Positions 44,801 through 57,531 of a stretch of 64,000 bases of DNA are shown in pieces. The position numbers and the translations under genes were made by a program. Location of the stretch: NCBI GenBank assembly GCA_032718475.1, contig JAUCBJ010001772.1, forward strand, positions 8,254 to 72,253, given 5' to 3'. A model generated the notes under the pieces. That model was not told where the DNA came from. It searched no databases and saw only the letters and a program-made list of their open reading frames with translations. Origin of the DNA: Nemertoderma westbladi (lineage: Eukaryota > Animalia > Xenacoelomorpha). Every line of letters starts with the position of its first letter. Position 1 is the stretch's first letter.

Positions 44801-46863
44801 CGAAACCCTTTCGAATGAGCCAAAAATAAAGAAATTTGGTTAAAAAATGGCGGAGTAGTATTTTGAAAAATGTCATTCCGAGATAATTGCCTTCAAAGTT
44901 TAAACCTTCCCGGGTGGTCTGGTTGGTTAATTATGAAGGAAACACACCACCGTGCTAAAACTTTCATTGTGGGGGTTTTCGGGGTCGTGGATTAAATTTC
45001 CGATGTCAGTTTTAAATTTTGGGGCAATCTAGTCTGTCTGTCTTACAATTTGACTGATTATTCCGACTGATTATTTGATTGATATTCCGTTATGGAATAT
45101 TGTTGCCAGCTCTGGAACCCTTACCTAGTGCGTGAGATCAATGTGCTAGAGGACATTCAACGGTACTTCACAAGAAAAACTCGCTTCCTCCGAGACAAGA
45201 CATACTGGGAGAGGTTCAAAATCCTAGAAATATATTCGCTCCAACGTAGGCGAGAAAGATATATAATAATTTATATCTGGAAAATCCTAGAAGGAAAAGT
45301 GCCGAACCCATTGGATAAATACAACTACCCCCGAATTAAAGTAACAGTCAATGAACGACGAGGAAAACTGTGCCTGATCCCGAGCATTGTATCCCATGGA
45401 AGGTTAGGAACATTGTCCGACAGCAGCTTCATGGTTCAAGGACCAAAATTATTCAACGTATTACCACGAGAGATTCGGAATCTATCTGATTGCGCTATTG
45501 AGACATTCAAGAAGAAACTAGACAATTATCTCGTGTTGGTTCCCGATCAACCTAGATGTAGCGGTTATACAGCCCAATCATTGTACCAGTCAGACTCACT
45601 GATTTATGTGATCCCCAGCTGGAAGAACGGCGATCATTAAAATTTTAATTTTTCAAGAAACTATTCCGTTTTAAATATTTTTAAGATTTAAAGGGGGATT
45701 TGTTTTCTTCTTTCTTTATTATATTATTTTAAATTATTCATATTTTTTAGGTGAGCTCTCCGATCAAACCATCCACGCTAATTTTAAACTTAGTGCTAAA
45801 ATTTTTAAATAAATAAACGACCGTCATACAGAAAAACAGCGATAACTCGAGAACTAAGAGTTTTCGCTAGGCGGTTTTCAGATTTGAAATCCTCATTAAA
45901 TTCAGCTATAGGGGGTGGGTACTCCCCCCTTAAAATGTCTGAGTTTCGATTGTCTGGATTTCAAAGATTACAAGAATTATCGTTCGCTTGACTCTTGAAG
46001 CCATTTATTATATTTAAAAATTACACAATGTTCTGGAAAATTTTGTTTATGATGTGTAGCTACACAATAGAGATATAAGCATATTATAAGATATTATAAG
46101 ATATAAGACCAGTCAGTGTGGCAGTGTCCGAGTGGAAACGCCGCCTGAACTGCTTACACAATAGTGTTTGGTGGCAGAGGTTCAAATCCAACTAAAAGAT
46201 GTAGAAATTTCGCACTGTTGTGTCCCTAGGCAAGACACTTTAGACATTAGTGCCTTCGCCAACCCAGTGGTAAAATGGGAACCTGGCTTTGCTGGGGTAA
46301 TAATAATAATAAAAGCGCTTTGAGTATGCTGAGCGTAGAAAAGCGCTATATAAATAACCTATATTATTATTATTATTATATTAATAATACGTTCTAGAAT
46401 GTTATGTAGGCCTATTTATTACATGGAATAATAAATTGTCCTACAGCAAACGATAATTCTTGCAATCTTTGAACGCAAATACAGTATTTCCGCTGTTTCT
46501 CAACAGCGGAGATTTTAAAAAAATTAGAGGGGTGGGGGCTCCGACCCTCTAAAAACGGTTGATGTATTTATTAAGGGAGACGTGTATACTGTACGTGACG
46601 CAACATCACTGACTCATTACTTCTCTTCTACCGAACCTTCCATCAAGATATACTGCAACAGTATGACTTAGTAAACAAATTAGTAATCATTGTAGACAAA
46701 TTAGGGGGGGGGGTGGGGTTGTCATCAGAAGTAGGCGAGTCATGGTACCGGTATACCGTATGCGTCGTGTAGAGCAGTTGACAATACCGTAGTATTATAG
46801 AGAGAGTACGTACCTGTCGTTAGATGTATTGTAAAAACACGGTGAACTATCAGCAGCCTCCAT
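38813..46863 (-). CDS. NHL-repeat (beta-propeller) protein with a low-complexity N-terminal region, ~549 aa, 4 predicted exons
   Basis: complement(join(38813..39844,43294..43552,44026..44334,46814..46863)); GT-AG and phase-consistent. The last exon has NHL repeats (HPLDVAVDSSGNMIV, FGGFGPELGKF, IIIADPGFKRVQVF, FHWPQGMCLT). The three upstream exons rest on splice signals and frame only. Confidence 0.75.
40470..41290 (-). mobile_element. L2-clade LINE 3' fragment (decayed)
   Basis: Minus strand has DILLIGRG, ITDALNALHWLPI and FSYSAPVVF-like segments, ending in an L2-type tail with (TTA)n. Confidence 0.7.
41310..42021 (+). mobile_element. L2-clade LINE 3' fragment with an internal deletion
   Basis: LKLNDSKTDILLIG, LGVTLDSDL, SRLDANNCLLYG, LQVVQNACARLI, LHWLPVRSRI, KFKSDLKTELF; tail AAAGCGCCTTTG...GGCGCTATATAAAT(TTA)n. 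Confidence 0.85.
41813..42239. repeat. Near-perfect palindrome (~210-bp arms) formed by inverted duplication of the L2 3' end
   Basis: 42033-42239 is the reverse complement of 41813-42021 with only ~2 differences and a short AT spacer. Confidence 0.9.
42645..42740 (+). mobile_element. tRNA-like SINE head (degenerate)
   Basis: TGGTAATGGTTAGAGCGT...GGAGGTCGCCAGTTCGATCCCACC has A/B-box spacing but no intact cloverleaf. Confidence 0.45.
43600..43940. repeat. T-rich low-complexity repeat (~20-bp TTTTTACTTTTTATTATTTTT units)
   Basis: Seen directly in the sequence, within intron 2 of the NHL gene. Confidence 0.8.
45092..45800 (+). mobile_element. CR1-like LINE 3' fragment (ORF2 C-terminus and 3' UTR)
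   Basis: EYCCQLWNPY...LEDIQRYFTR...YWERFKILEIYSLQRRRERYIIIYIWKIL...GPKLFNVLPREIR...FKKKLDNYL. Confidence 0.85.
46113..46380 (+). mobile_element. tRNA-derived CORE-like SINE with an L2-type tail
   Basis: A/B boxes (TGTCCGAGTGG, GGTTCAAATCC); core GTGTCCCTAGGCAAGACACTTTA...GTAAAATGGG; tail AAGCGCTTTGAG...AAAGCGCTATATAAAT(TTA)n resembling the L2 tail at 41955-42010. Confidence 0.75.
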
Positions 46864-49019
46864 AATTATAATTGCAAGATAATTAAAAACATGACGCTCT
46901 TAATTAATCAACAACACGAAGACAAAATGTATTTGCAATTACTAGGCCTACCTACTACCGGTAAGGAAGCGGTTTTTATTGTGCCTATATACGAACAAAT
47001 TAGGGCCTACATTTCCAGCCCATTTATCCGCATGTTAGTGGTCAGATTCAGATAGTACGCCATACTACCGGTATGTACTGTTAGTCTTATAAACACAGAT
47101 TGTTTGCTTTACAAATAAAAAGCTGCCGTTAACGGTACAAGTTTATTTGGCAGTTGTTTCAGTTTACAGCCACATAACTTACAACTGTAGGCCCGTACAA
47201 CTGTACATGTGCACAGCTTTAGGTCAATGGGTACAAAGGTCAATGGGTACAACGAGTCTAAGGGAACAAAACGAGTCAAAGGGTACAACAGGAAAGGGTG
47301 CGATGAGACAAAGGGTACAAACCAGGCGGTCAAGTGAGTATTTATTTTATTTATTTATTATTGCGGTGAGTATTTATGCCAATTTTTCTTCAATTTTTCG
47401 TAATGGTATTGTACCTTTTGGGCGTAAAAAGTGACTATTTTTTTTAATTGGGAGAGTTAAAATCTAGATAGATTTATTTATACATTATGTAAAAACAATA
47501 ACAAATACACCAAACAATGTACCGGTATAAAGGTATTGTCCAACATAACATATAGGATTACCCCTAAAGCTTTGCAGCTTATTTCCAAGGGGGTCCTTTA
47601 TGTTACTTGGTTACAAATACAATATTACACTACGCTAACCTAAAACCAATATAAAACGTAATTACATTATGTACACGTACAACTTTACCGAGAGCGTGAC
47701 AATGTGTCCGACTCTACGATAAAGATGTAATGTACAAAACAATTGAAAAGAAGTCTCGCCTCAATAATAATGTACCAGTTGCCCTTCAAATTAGGTTAAT
47801 ATAGTGTATAATATTGTATGCCAGCACATCGAGGTACAGTATCAACTAAAATACAAGAGTGACACGTTTCTTATAGCAGTATAAGCCTACTAATCCTTAC
47901 ATACACAAAACAAACTTACTATATGCTTAATGAGATTATAACACATTGTGGTTAACAAGATTTGATACGCTCTGGTTGTTTTTATGGAATGATTGGGTTA
48001 ACGACATCCCCTGAAATAGATGTACAGCTCAGGTCGCTGAAATTAGCCAAGAAACAATATATAGTTGATGAACTAACAATAGCATACATACTGTACATGC
48101 GGATGTTGGCACAAGTCTTATCTCTTTGTGGAGTTACATTACCAGCTTTTGTAAATAAATATAGTAATTCAACCCAGCAACAGGTGGCACTATTGTTGTT
48201 AGTTCGTTTGCTGTGTCAGTTATTATTGTGCCTAGTTAAGTATGGGTATGGACACACACACTTGAGAATGTTCTGCTGTTTCTATTGTACTGTATCTCAT
48301 AGCATTGCACTACTAATGTACTGCACTACTACTCCCACCCATTCTCCCCTTATCGTTTTGGTAAGGCAATGACTGAATGATTATCAATAATTTGTGCTAC
48401 CTTTCCCACATCCTTGGGGTGTATTGTAGAGGTTTAATCTGTTTACTGAATTGACATATTTGATTTTGAGACCAGACGTCGTAAAATTTTACTTTTTTTA
48501 TATGCGATGTACTTTTTTATTTTTAAAATTATCAAAGATTTATACTACTTCAGTGGGAAATTCCTGATATGCCGCTAATACTACGGCTATATTATGTTCA
48601 GTAGATAAATTTTGATCAGCGTTAATATAATGACATCCCATGTCAGTGAACTTAATTTACAATCAATACGATCAAGGACTTCCAGAGTATCGTTTTTTCT
48701 AGTGTTATACTGTAGTACTTTAGAACTGTAGTACTGTAAGAACTTTAGAACTGTAGAACTTTAGTACTGTAAGTGCTTTGATAAAGGAACAACTAATCAG
48801 ATTAATCATTTTCATGCCTTAAAATAATTTACACTGGTACTGGTGTTATTATAATAAAATTCACACATTGAAAAAAAGTTAACGTAAATAGTTTTCTTCT
48901 TCTAGGTATTACACACAGGGAAATAATTATGACGACTTATTCAGTGCGGCCCCCCCAGAACTTTATCCCCATGGGATACTATTCGAGCTGAAACGATAAC
49001 TGATCTTGCTTCAATGTGG

Positions 49020-49495
49020 CTTAGCTGTTCAAATAAGGTCGGAATTTATCAATTAAATGTGGTTCATACATAGCCTTCTAATAAGTTCCATTTCGACAAC
49101 AAAAGAATGGGGCCACTTTAAATTGGTTTTCCCCGCAGTTGTGTAAGTGTTTGCTCCACCTTAAATGTCCATTACGGTCTCTGACTATTTGGTTCCTGTG
49201 GAGATTAATTCGGTGTCTGAACTCCATTGTCTGACCAATATACGTTTCGGGACAGTTCCGGAAATACATTACGTATACAAAATTGGTGCTTCTGTAGGAA
49301 CATTTGGATTATATGTTATCTTTTTCTTTTTGATTCGAAGTTTAGTTAAAGACGTTTTCCGAAATTTTTTGCTTTGCTTACAATTCCGCGATTGATCAGA
49401 TCAGCTGGGTATTATTTTTCTCAGGTCTTCGTTTTAGCTCTGAAAATCAAGTTTCTCTTATCCCCTTGTCATCAACAATCATTCCAACTTGCGGG
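49020..49495 (-). mobile_element. Penelope-like element GIY-YIG endonuclease fragment (decayed)
   Basis: NFVYVMYFRNCPETYIGQTMEFRHRINLHRNQI...SKHLHNC. Confidence 0.75.
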
Positions 49496-49500
49496 TAAGG

Positions 49501-51097
49501 TACCAGACTTACTGTTGTTATATTTCACTTTGCAGTTTACCCCCATGTGAAGTATACCAGTCTTACTGCTGTTATATTTCACTTTGCAGTTTACCCCCAT
49601 GTGAAATATACAGGTACAAGACTTTCTGCTATTACATTTCACTTTGCAGTTTAGAGTTTACCCCCATGTGAAGTATACCAGACTTACTGCTGTTATATTT
49701 CACTTTGCAGTTTACCCCCATGTGAAATATACAGGTACCAGACTTTCTGCTATTACATTTCACTTTGCAGTTTAGAGTTTACCCCCATGTGAAGTATACC
49801 AGACTTACTGCTGTTAAATTTCACTTTGCAGTTTACCCCCATGTGAAGTATACCAGACTTTCTGCCGTTATATTTCACTTTGCAGTTTACCCCCATGTGA
49901 AGTATACCAGACTTACTGCTGTTATATTTCACTTTGCAGTTTACTCCCATGTGAAGTATACCAGAATTACTGCTGTTATATTTTACTTTACAGTTTAGAG
50001 TTTACCCCCATGTGAAGTATACCAGACTTACTGCTGTTATATTTCACTTTGCAGTTTACCCCCATGTGAAGTATACCAGACTTACTGCTGTTATATTTCA
50101 CTTTGCAGTTTACCCCCATGTGAAGTATACCAGAATTACTGCTGTTATATTTTACTTTGCAGTTTACCCCCATGTGAAGTATACCAGTCTTACTGCTGTT
50201 ATATTTCACTTTGCAGTTTACCCCCATGTGAAGTATACCAGAATTACTGCTGTTATATTTTACTTTGCAGTTTACCCCCATGTGAAGAATACCAGACTTT
50301 CTGCCGTTATATTTCACTTTGCAGTTTACCCCCATGTGAAGTATACCAGACTTTATGCTGTTATATTTCACTTTGCAGTTACCCCCATCTGAAGTATACC
50401 AGACTTTATGCTGTTATATTTCACTTTGCAGTTTACCCCCATGTGAAGTATACCAGACTTACTGCTGTTATATTTCACTTTGCAGTTTACTCCCATGTGA
50501 AGTATACCAGCATTAATGCTGTTATATTTTACTTTGCAGTTTAGAGTTTACCCCCATGTGAAGTATACCAGACTTAACTGCTGTTATATTTCACTTTGCA
50601 GTTTACCCCCATGTGAAGTATACCAGACTTACTGCTGTTATATTTCACTTTGCTGTTTACCCCCATGTGAAGTATACCAGACTTACTGCTGTTATATTTC
50701 ACTTTGCAGTTTACTCCCATGTGAAGTATACCAGAATTACTGCTGTTATATTTTACTTTGCAGTTTAGAGTTTACCCCCATGTGAAGTATACCAGACTTA
50801 ACTGCTGTTATATTTCACTTTGCAGTTTACCCCCATGTGAAGTATACCAGACTTACTGCTGTTATATTTCACTTTGCAGTTTACCCCCATGTGAAGTATA
50901 CCAGACTTAACTGCTGTTATATTTCACTTTGCAGTTTAGAGTTTACCCCCCATGTGAAGTATACCAGACTCCCTGCTGTTATATTTCACTTTGCAGTTTA
51001 CCCACATGTGAAGTATACAAGACTTACTGCTGTTATATTTCACTTTGCAGTTTAGAGTTTACCCCCATGTGAAGTATACCAGACTTACTGCTGTTAT
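49501..51097. repeat. 54-bp (variant 61-bp) tandem repeat, ~29 copies, internal to a dispersed element
   Basis: Unit GTGAAGTATACCAGACTTACTGCTGTTATATTTCACTTTGCAGTTTACCCCCAT, with or without a 7-bp insert. Single copies at 2934, 10636 and 40200. Confidence 0.92.
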
Positions 51098-51144
51098 GAT
51101 TCCACCTTTCCGGGTTACGGAAAGGTTAAATCTAACCAAAACAA

Positions 51145-51370
51145 GGCGGGGTTGCTCAGTTGGTTCACCATCGGGCCTTCAATACTGTTGATTGGTTGTT
51201 GGTTCTGCCCCGCCAGGGTCCAGTCGTTGAAATGACAACCAGTTACTGTAAATTTCTGGAGAAAAGCAATAGAAAGGAGTATTGAGCTAGTAGCGGGTTG
51301 TACTGTAGTAGCTATCGGAAGAGGAGCCTTTGGGTCGCATCCGGCATCGCCCGACTGTTTGCTTTTTTTT
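51145..51370 (+). mobile_element. tRNA-derived SINE with a 16-bp target-site duplication
   Basis: TSD AATCTAACCAAAACAA at 51129-51144 and 51371-51386; A/B boxes; T-rich end; related to 13268-13498. Confidence 0.85.
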
Positions 51371-51748
51371 AATCTAACCAAAACAATAAACGAATTAGTA
51401 TCTGTACAGATTATAAAATAGTAATAAGCGCTATGAAACACTTAATAAGGAGAAATTAAAAAAATACAAATTCTTGATATATACAATTTCAAATTAATTT
51501 CGACCGGAAAGTGAAAATTTGCACGGGGGGGGGGGGAAGGTTGGCAAAGGCCAAATTTTTGCCCCCTTTGCCCCCTTTGCTAATACAACACCCTCCTCCC
51601 CACCTAACAAATAAATAAAATGTAATATATCAAAATTTGGATAATTTGGGTGATAATTGAAAAGTGTCGAATTTACTTTCGGTCAAGGAGTGTAGCCTAG
51701 GATAAACCATGAGGGTGAAAGTGTATAAACTTTAAAAATGACGTTGAA

Positions 51749-54700
51749 AGACACAACGGTGTGGCAGGGCTACATATGAAAGCAGATGATATGAAGGAGG
51801 AGGAGGGAGACACAACGGTGTGGCAGGGCTACATATGAAAGCAGATGATATGAAGGAGGAGGAGGGAGACACAACGGTGTGGCAGGGCTACATATGAAAG
51901 CAGATGATATGAAGGAGGAGGAGGGAGACACAACGGTGTGGCAGGGCTACATATGAAAGCAGATGATATGAAGGAGGAGGAGGGAGACACAACGGTGTGG
52001 CAGGGCTACATATGAAAGCAGATGATATGAAGGAGGAGGAGGGAGACACAACGGTGTGGCAGGGCTACATATGAAAGCAGATGATATGAAGGAGGAGGAG
52101 GGAGACACAACGGTGTGGCAGGGCTACATATGAAAGCAGATGATATGAAGGAGGAGGAGGGAGACACAACGGTGTGGCAGGGCTACATATGAAAGCAGAT
52201 GATATGAAGGAGGAGGAGGGAGACACAACGGTGTGGCAGGGCTACATATGAAAGCAGATGATATGAAGGAGGAGGAGGGAGACACAACGGTGTGGCAGGG
52301 CTACATATGAAAGCAGATGATATGAAGGAGGAGGAGGGAGACACAACGGTGTGGCAGGGCTACATATGAAAGCAGATGATATGAAGGAGGGGGAGGGAGA
52401 CACAACGGTGTGGCAGGGCTACATATGAAAGCAGATGATATGAAGGAGGAGGAGGGAGACACAACGGTGTGGCAGGGCTACATATGAAGCAGATGATATG
52501 AAGGAGGGGGAGGGAGACACAACGGTGTGGCAGGGCTACATATGAAAGCAGATGATATGAAGGAGGAGGAGGGAGACACAACGGTGTGGCAGGGCTACAT
52601 ATGAAAGCAGATGATATGAAGGAGGAGGAGGGAGACACAACGGTGTGGCAGGGCTACATATGAAAGCAGATGATATGAAGGAGGGGGAGGGAGACACAAC
52701 GGTGTGGCAGGGCTACATATGAAAGCAGATGATATGAAGGAGGGGGAGGGAGACACAACGGTGTGGCAGGGCTACATATGAAAGCAGATGATATGAAGGA
52801 GGGGGAGGGAGACACAACGGTATGGCAGGGCTACATATGAAAGCAGATGATATGAAGGAGGAGGAGGGAGACACAACGGTGTGGCAGGGCTACATATGAA
52901 AGCAGATGATATGAAGGAGGGGGAGGGAGACACAACGGTGTGGCAGGGCTACATATGAAAGCAGATGATATGAAGGAGGGGGAGGGAGACACAACGGTGT
53001 GGCAGGGCTACATATGAAAGCAGATGATATGAAGGAGGAGGAGGGAGACACAACGGTGTGGCAGGGCTACATATGAAAGCAGATGATATGAAGGAGGGGG
53101 AGGGAGACACAACGGTGTGGCAGGGCTACATATGAAAGCAGATGATATGAAGGAGGGGGAGGGAGACACAACGGTGTGGCAGGGCTACATATGAAAGCAG
53201 ATGATATGAAGGAGGGGGAGGGAGACACAACGGTGTGGCAGGGCTACATATGAAAGCAGATGATATGAAGGAGGGGGAGGGAGACACAACGGTGTGGCAG
53301 GGCTACATATGAAAGCAGATGATATGAAGGAGGGGGAGGGAGACACAACGGTGTGGCAGGGCTACATATGAAAGCAGATGATATGAAGGAGGAGGAGGGA
53401 GACACAACGGTGTGGCAGGGCTACATATGAAAGCAGATGATATGAAGGAGGAGGAGGGAGACACAACGGTGTGGCAGGGCTACATATGAAAGCAGATGAT
53501 ATGAAGGAGGGGGAGGGAGACACAACGGTGTGGCAGGGCTACATATGAAAGCAGATGATATGAAGGAGGAGGAGGGAGACACAACGGTGTGGCAGGGCTA
53601 CATATGAAAGCAGATGATATGAAGGAGGAGGAGGGAGACACAACGGTGTGGCAGGGCTACATATGAAAGCAGATGATATGAAGGAGGGGGAGGGAGACAC
53701 AACGGTGTGGCAGGGCTACATATGAAAGCAGATGATATGAAGGAGGAGGAGGGAGACACAACGGTGTGGCAGGGCTACATATGAAAGCAGATGATATGAA
53801 GGAGGGGGAGGGAGACACAACGGTGTGGCAGGGCTACATATGAAAGCAGATGATATGAAGGAGGAGGAGGGAGACACAACGGTGTGGCAGGGCTACATAT
53901 GAAAGCAGATGATATGAAGGAGGAGGAGGGAGACACAACGGTGTGGCAGGGCTACATATGAAAGCAGATGATATGAAGGAGGGGGAGGGAGACACAACGG
54001 TGTGGCAGGGCTACATATGAAAGCAGATGATATGAAGGAGGAGGAGGGAGACACAACGGTGTGGCAGGGCTACATATGAAAGCAGATGATATGAAGGAGG
54101 GGGAGGGAGACACAACGGTGTGGCAGGGCTACATATGAAAGCAGATGATATGAAGGAGGAGGAGGGAGACACAACGGTGTGGCAGGGCTACATATGAAAG
54201 CAGATGATATGAAGGAGGAGGAGGGAGACACAACGGTGTGGCAGGGCTACATATGAAAGCAGATGATATGAAGGAGGGGGAGGGAGACACAACGGTGTGG
54301 CAGGGCTACATATGAAAGCAGATGATATGAAGGAGGGGGAGGGAGACACAACGGTGTGGCAGGGCTACATATGAAAGCAGATGATATGAAGGAGGGGGAG
54401 GGAGACACAACGGTGTGGCAGGGCTACATATGAAAGCAGATGATATGAAGGAGGGGGAGGGAGACACAACGGTGTGGCAGGGCTACATATGAAAGCAGAT
54501 GATATGAAGGAGGAGGAGGGAGACACAACGGTGTGGCAGGGCTACATATGAAAGCAGATGATATGAAGGAGGGGGAGGGAGACACAACGGTGTGGCAGGG
54601 CTACATATGAAAGCAGATGATATGAAGGAGGGGGAGGGAGACACAACGGTGTGGCAGGGCTACATATGAAAGCAGATGATATGAAGGAGGGGGAGGGAGA

Positions 54701-57531
54701 CACAACGGTGTGGCAGGGCTACATATGAAAGCAGATGATATGAAGGAGGGGGAGGGAGACACAACGGTGTGGCAGGGCTACATATGAAAGCAGATGATAT
54801 GAAGGAGGAGGAGGGAGACACAACGGTGTGGCAGGGCTACATATGAAAGCAGATGATATGAAGGAGGAGGAGGGAGACACAACGGTGTGGCAGGGCTACA
54901 TATGAAAGCAGATGATATGAAGGAGGGGGAGGGAGACACAACGGTGTGGCAGGGCTACATATGAAAGCAGATGATATGAAGGAGGGGGAGGGAGACACAA
55001 CGGTGTGGCAGGGCTACATATGAAAGCAGATGATATGAAGGAGGGGGAGGGAGACACAACGGTGTGGCAGGGCTACATATGAAAGCAGATGATATGAAGG
55101 AGGAGGAGGGAGACACAACGGTGTGGCAGGGCTACATATGAAAGCAGATGATATGAAGGAGGGGGAGGGAGACACAACGGTGTGGCAGGGCTACATATGA
55201 AAGCAGATGATATGAAGGAGGGGGAGGGAGACACAACGGTGTGGCAGGGCTACATATGAAAGCAGATGATATGAAGGAGGGGGAGGGAGACACAACGGTG
55301 TGGCAGGGCTACATATGAAAGCAGATGATATGAAGGAGGGGGAGGGAGACACAACGGTGTGGCAGGGCTACATATGAAAGCAGATGATATGAAGGAGGAG
55401 GAGGGAGACACAACGGTGTGGCAGGGCTACATATGAAAGCAGATGATATGAAGGAGGGGGAGGGAGACACAACGGTGTGGCAGGGCTACATATGAAAGCA
55501 GATGATATGAAGGAGGGGGAGGGAGACACAACGGTGTGGCAGGGCTACATATGAAAGCAGATGATATGAAGGAGGAGGAGGGAGACACAACGGTGTGGCA
55601 GGGCTACATATGAAAGCAGATGATATGAAGGAGGAGGAGGGAGACACAACGGTGTGGCAGGGCTACATATGAAAGCAGATGATATGAAGGAGGGGGAGGG
55701 AGACACAACGGTGTGGCAGGGCTACATATGAAAGCAGATGATATGAAGGAGGAGGAGGGAGACACAACGGTGTGGCAGGGCTACATATGAAAGCAGATGA
55801 TATGAAGGAGGAGGAGGGAGACACAACGGTGTGGCAGGGCTACATATGAAAGCAGATGATATGAAGGAGGGGGAGGGAGACACAACGGTGTGGCAGGGCT
55901 ACATATGAAAGCAGATGATATGAAGGAGGAGGAGGGAGACACAACGGTGTGGCAGGGCTACATATGAAAGCAGATGATATGAAGGAGGAGGAGGGAGACA
56001 CAACGGTGTGGCAGGGCTACATATGAAAGCAGATGATATGAAGGAGGGGGAGGGAGACACAACGGTGTGGCAGGGCTACATATGAAAGCAGATGATATGA
56101 AGGAGGAGGAGGGAGACACAACGGTGTGGCAGGGCTACATATGAAAGCAGATGATATGAAGGAGGAGGAGGGAGACACAACGGTGTGGCAGGGCTACATA
56201 TGAAAGCAGATGATATGAAGGAGGATGAGGGAGACACAACGGTGTGGCAGGGCTACATATGAAAGCAGATGATATGAAGGAGGGGGAGGGAGACACAACG
56301 GTGTGGCAGGGCTACATATGAAAGCAGATGATATGAAGGAGGAGGAGGGAGACACAACGGTGTGGCAGGGCTACATATGAAAGCAGATGATATGAAGGAG
56401 GAGGAGGGAGACACAACGGTGTGGCAGGGCTACATATGAAAGCAGATGATATGAAGGAGGATGAGGGAGACACAACGGTGTGGCAGGGCTACATATGAAA
56501 GCAGATGATATGAAGGAGGATGAGGGAGACACAACGGTGTGGCAGGGCTACATATGAAAGCAGATGATATGAAGGAGGGGGAGGGAGACACAACGGTGTG
56601 GCAGGGCTACATATGAAAGCAGATGATATGAAGGAGGAGGAGGGAGACACAACGGTGTGGCAGGGCTACATATGAAAGCAGATGATATGAAGGAGGGGGA
56701 GGGAGACACAACGGTGTGGCAGGGCTACATATGAAAGCAGATGATATGAAGGAGGAGGAGGGAGACACAACGGTGTGGCAGGGCTACATATGAAAGCAGA
56801 TGATATGAAGGAGGAGGAGGGAGACACAACGGTGTGGCAGGGCTACATATGAAAGCAGATGATATGAAGGAGGATGAGGGAGACACAACGGTGTGGCAGG
56901 GCTACATATGAAAGCAGATGATATGAAGGAGGGGGAGGGAGACACAACGGTGTGGCAGGGCTACATATGAAAGCAGATGATATGAAGGAGGAGGAGGGAG
57001 ACACAACGGTGTGGCAGGGCTACATATGAAAGCAGATGATATGAAGGAGGGGGAGGGAGACACAACGGTGTGGCAGGGCTACATATGAAAGCAGATGATA
57101 TGAAGGAGGAGGAGGGAGACACAACGGTGTGGCAGGGCTACATATGAAAGCAGATGATATGAAGGAGGGGGAGGGAGACACAACGGTGTGGCAGGGCTAC
57201 ATATGAAAGCAGATGATATGAAGGAGGAGGAGGGAGACACAACGGTGTGGCAGGGCTACATATGAAAGCAGATGATATGAAGGAGGAGGAGGGAGACACA
57301 ACGGTGTGGCAGGGCTACATATGAAAGCAGATGATATGAAGGAGGATGAGGGAGACACAACGGTGTGGCAGGGCTACATATGAAAGCAGATGATATGAAG
57401 GAGGGGGAGGGAGACACAACGGTGTGGCAGGGCTACATATGAAAGCAGATGATATGAAGGAGGAGGAGGGAGACACAACGGTGTGGCAGGGCTACATATG
57501 AAAGCAGACGATATGAAGGAGGAGGAGGGAG
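51749..57531. repeat. 59-bp highly homogeneous minisatellite, ~98 copies
   Basis: Unit AGACACAACGGTGTGGCAGGGCTACATATGAAAGCAGATGATATGAAGGAGG(A/G)GGAGGG. Variation is almost confined to GAG/GGG/ATG-type variants in the purine tract. Confidence 0.97.

Noticed and set aside
49489-52638. ORFs within the 54-bp and 59-bp arrays
   Set aside because: Periodic translations with frameshifting unit variants; no evidence of coding.
16261-57531. Large arrays as CRISPR arrays
   Set aside because: No unique spacers, no cas genes and a eukaryotic context; these are head-to-tail minisatellites.
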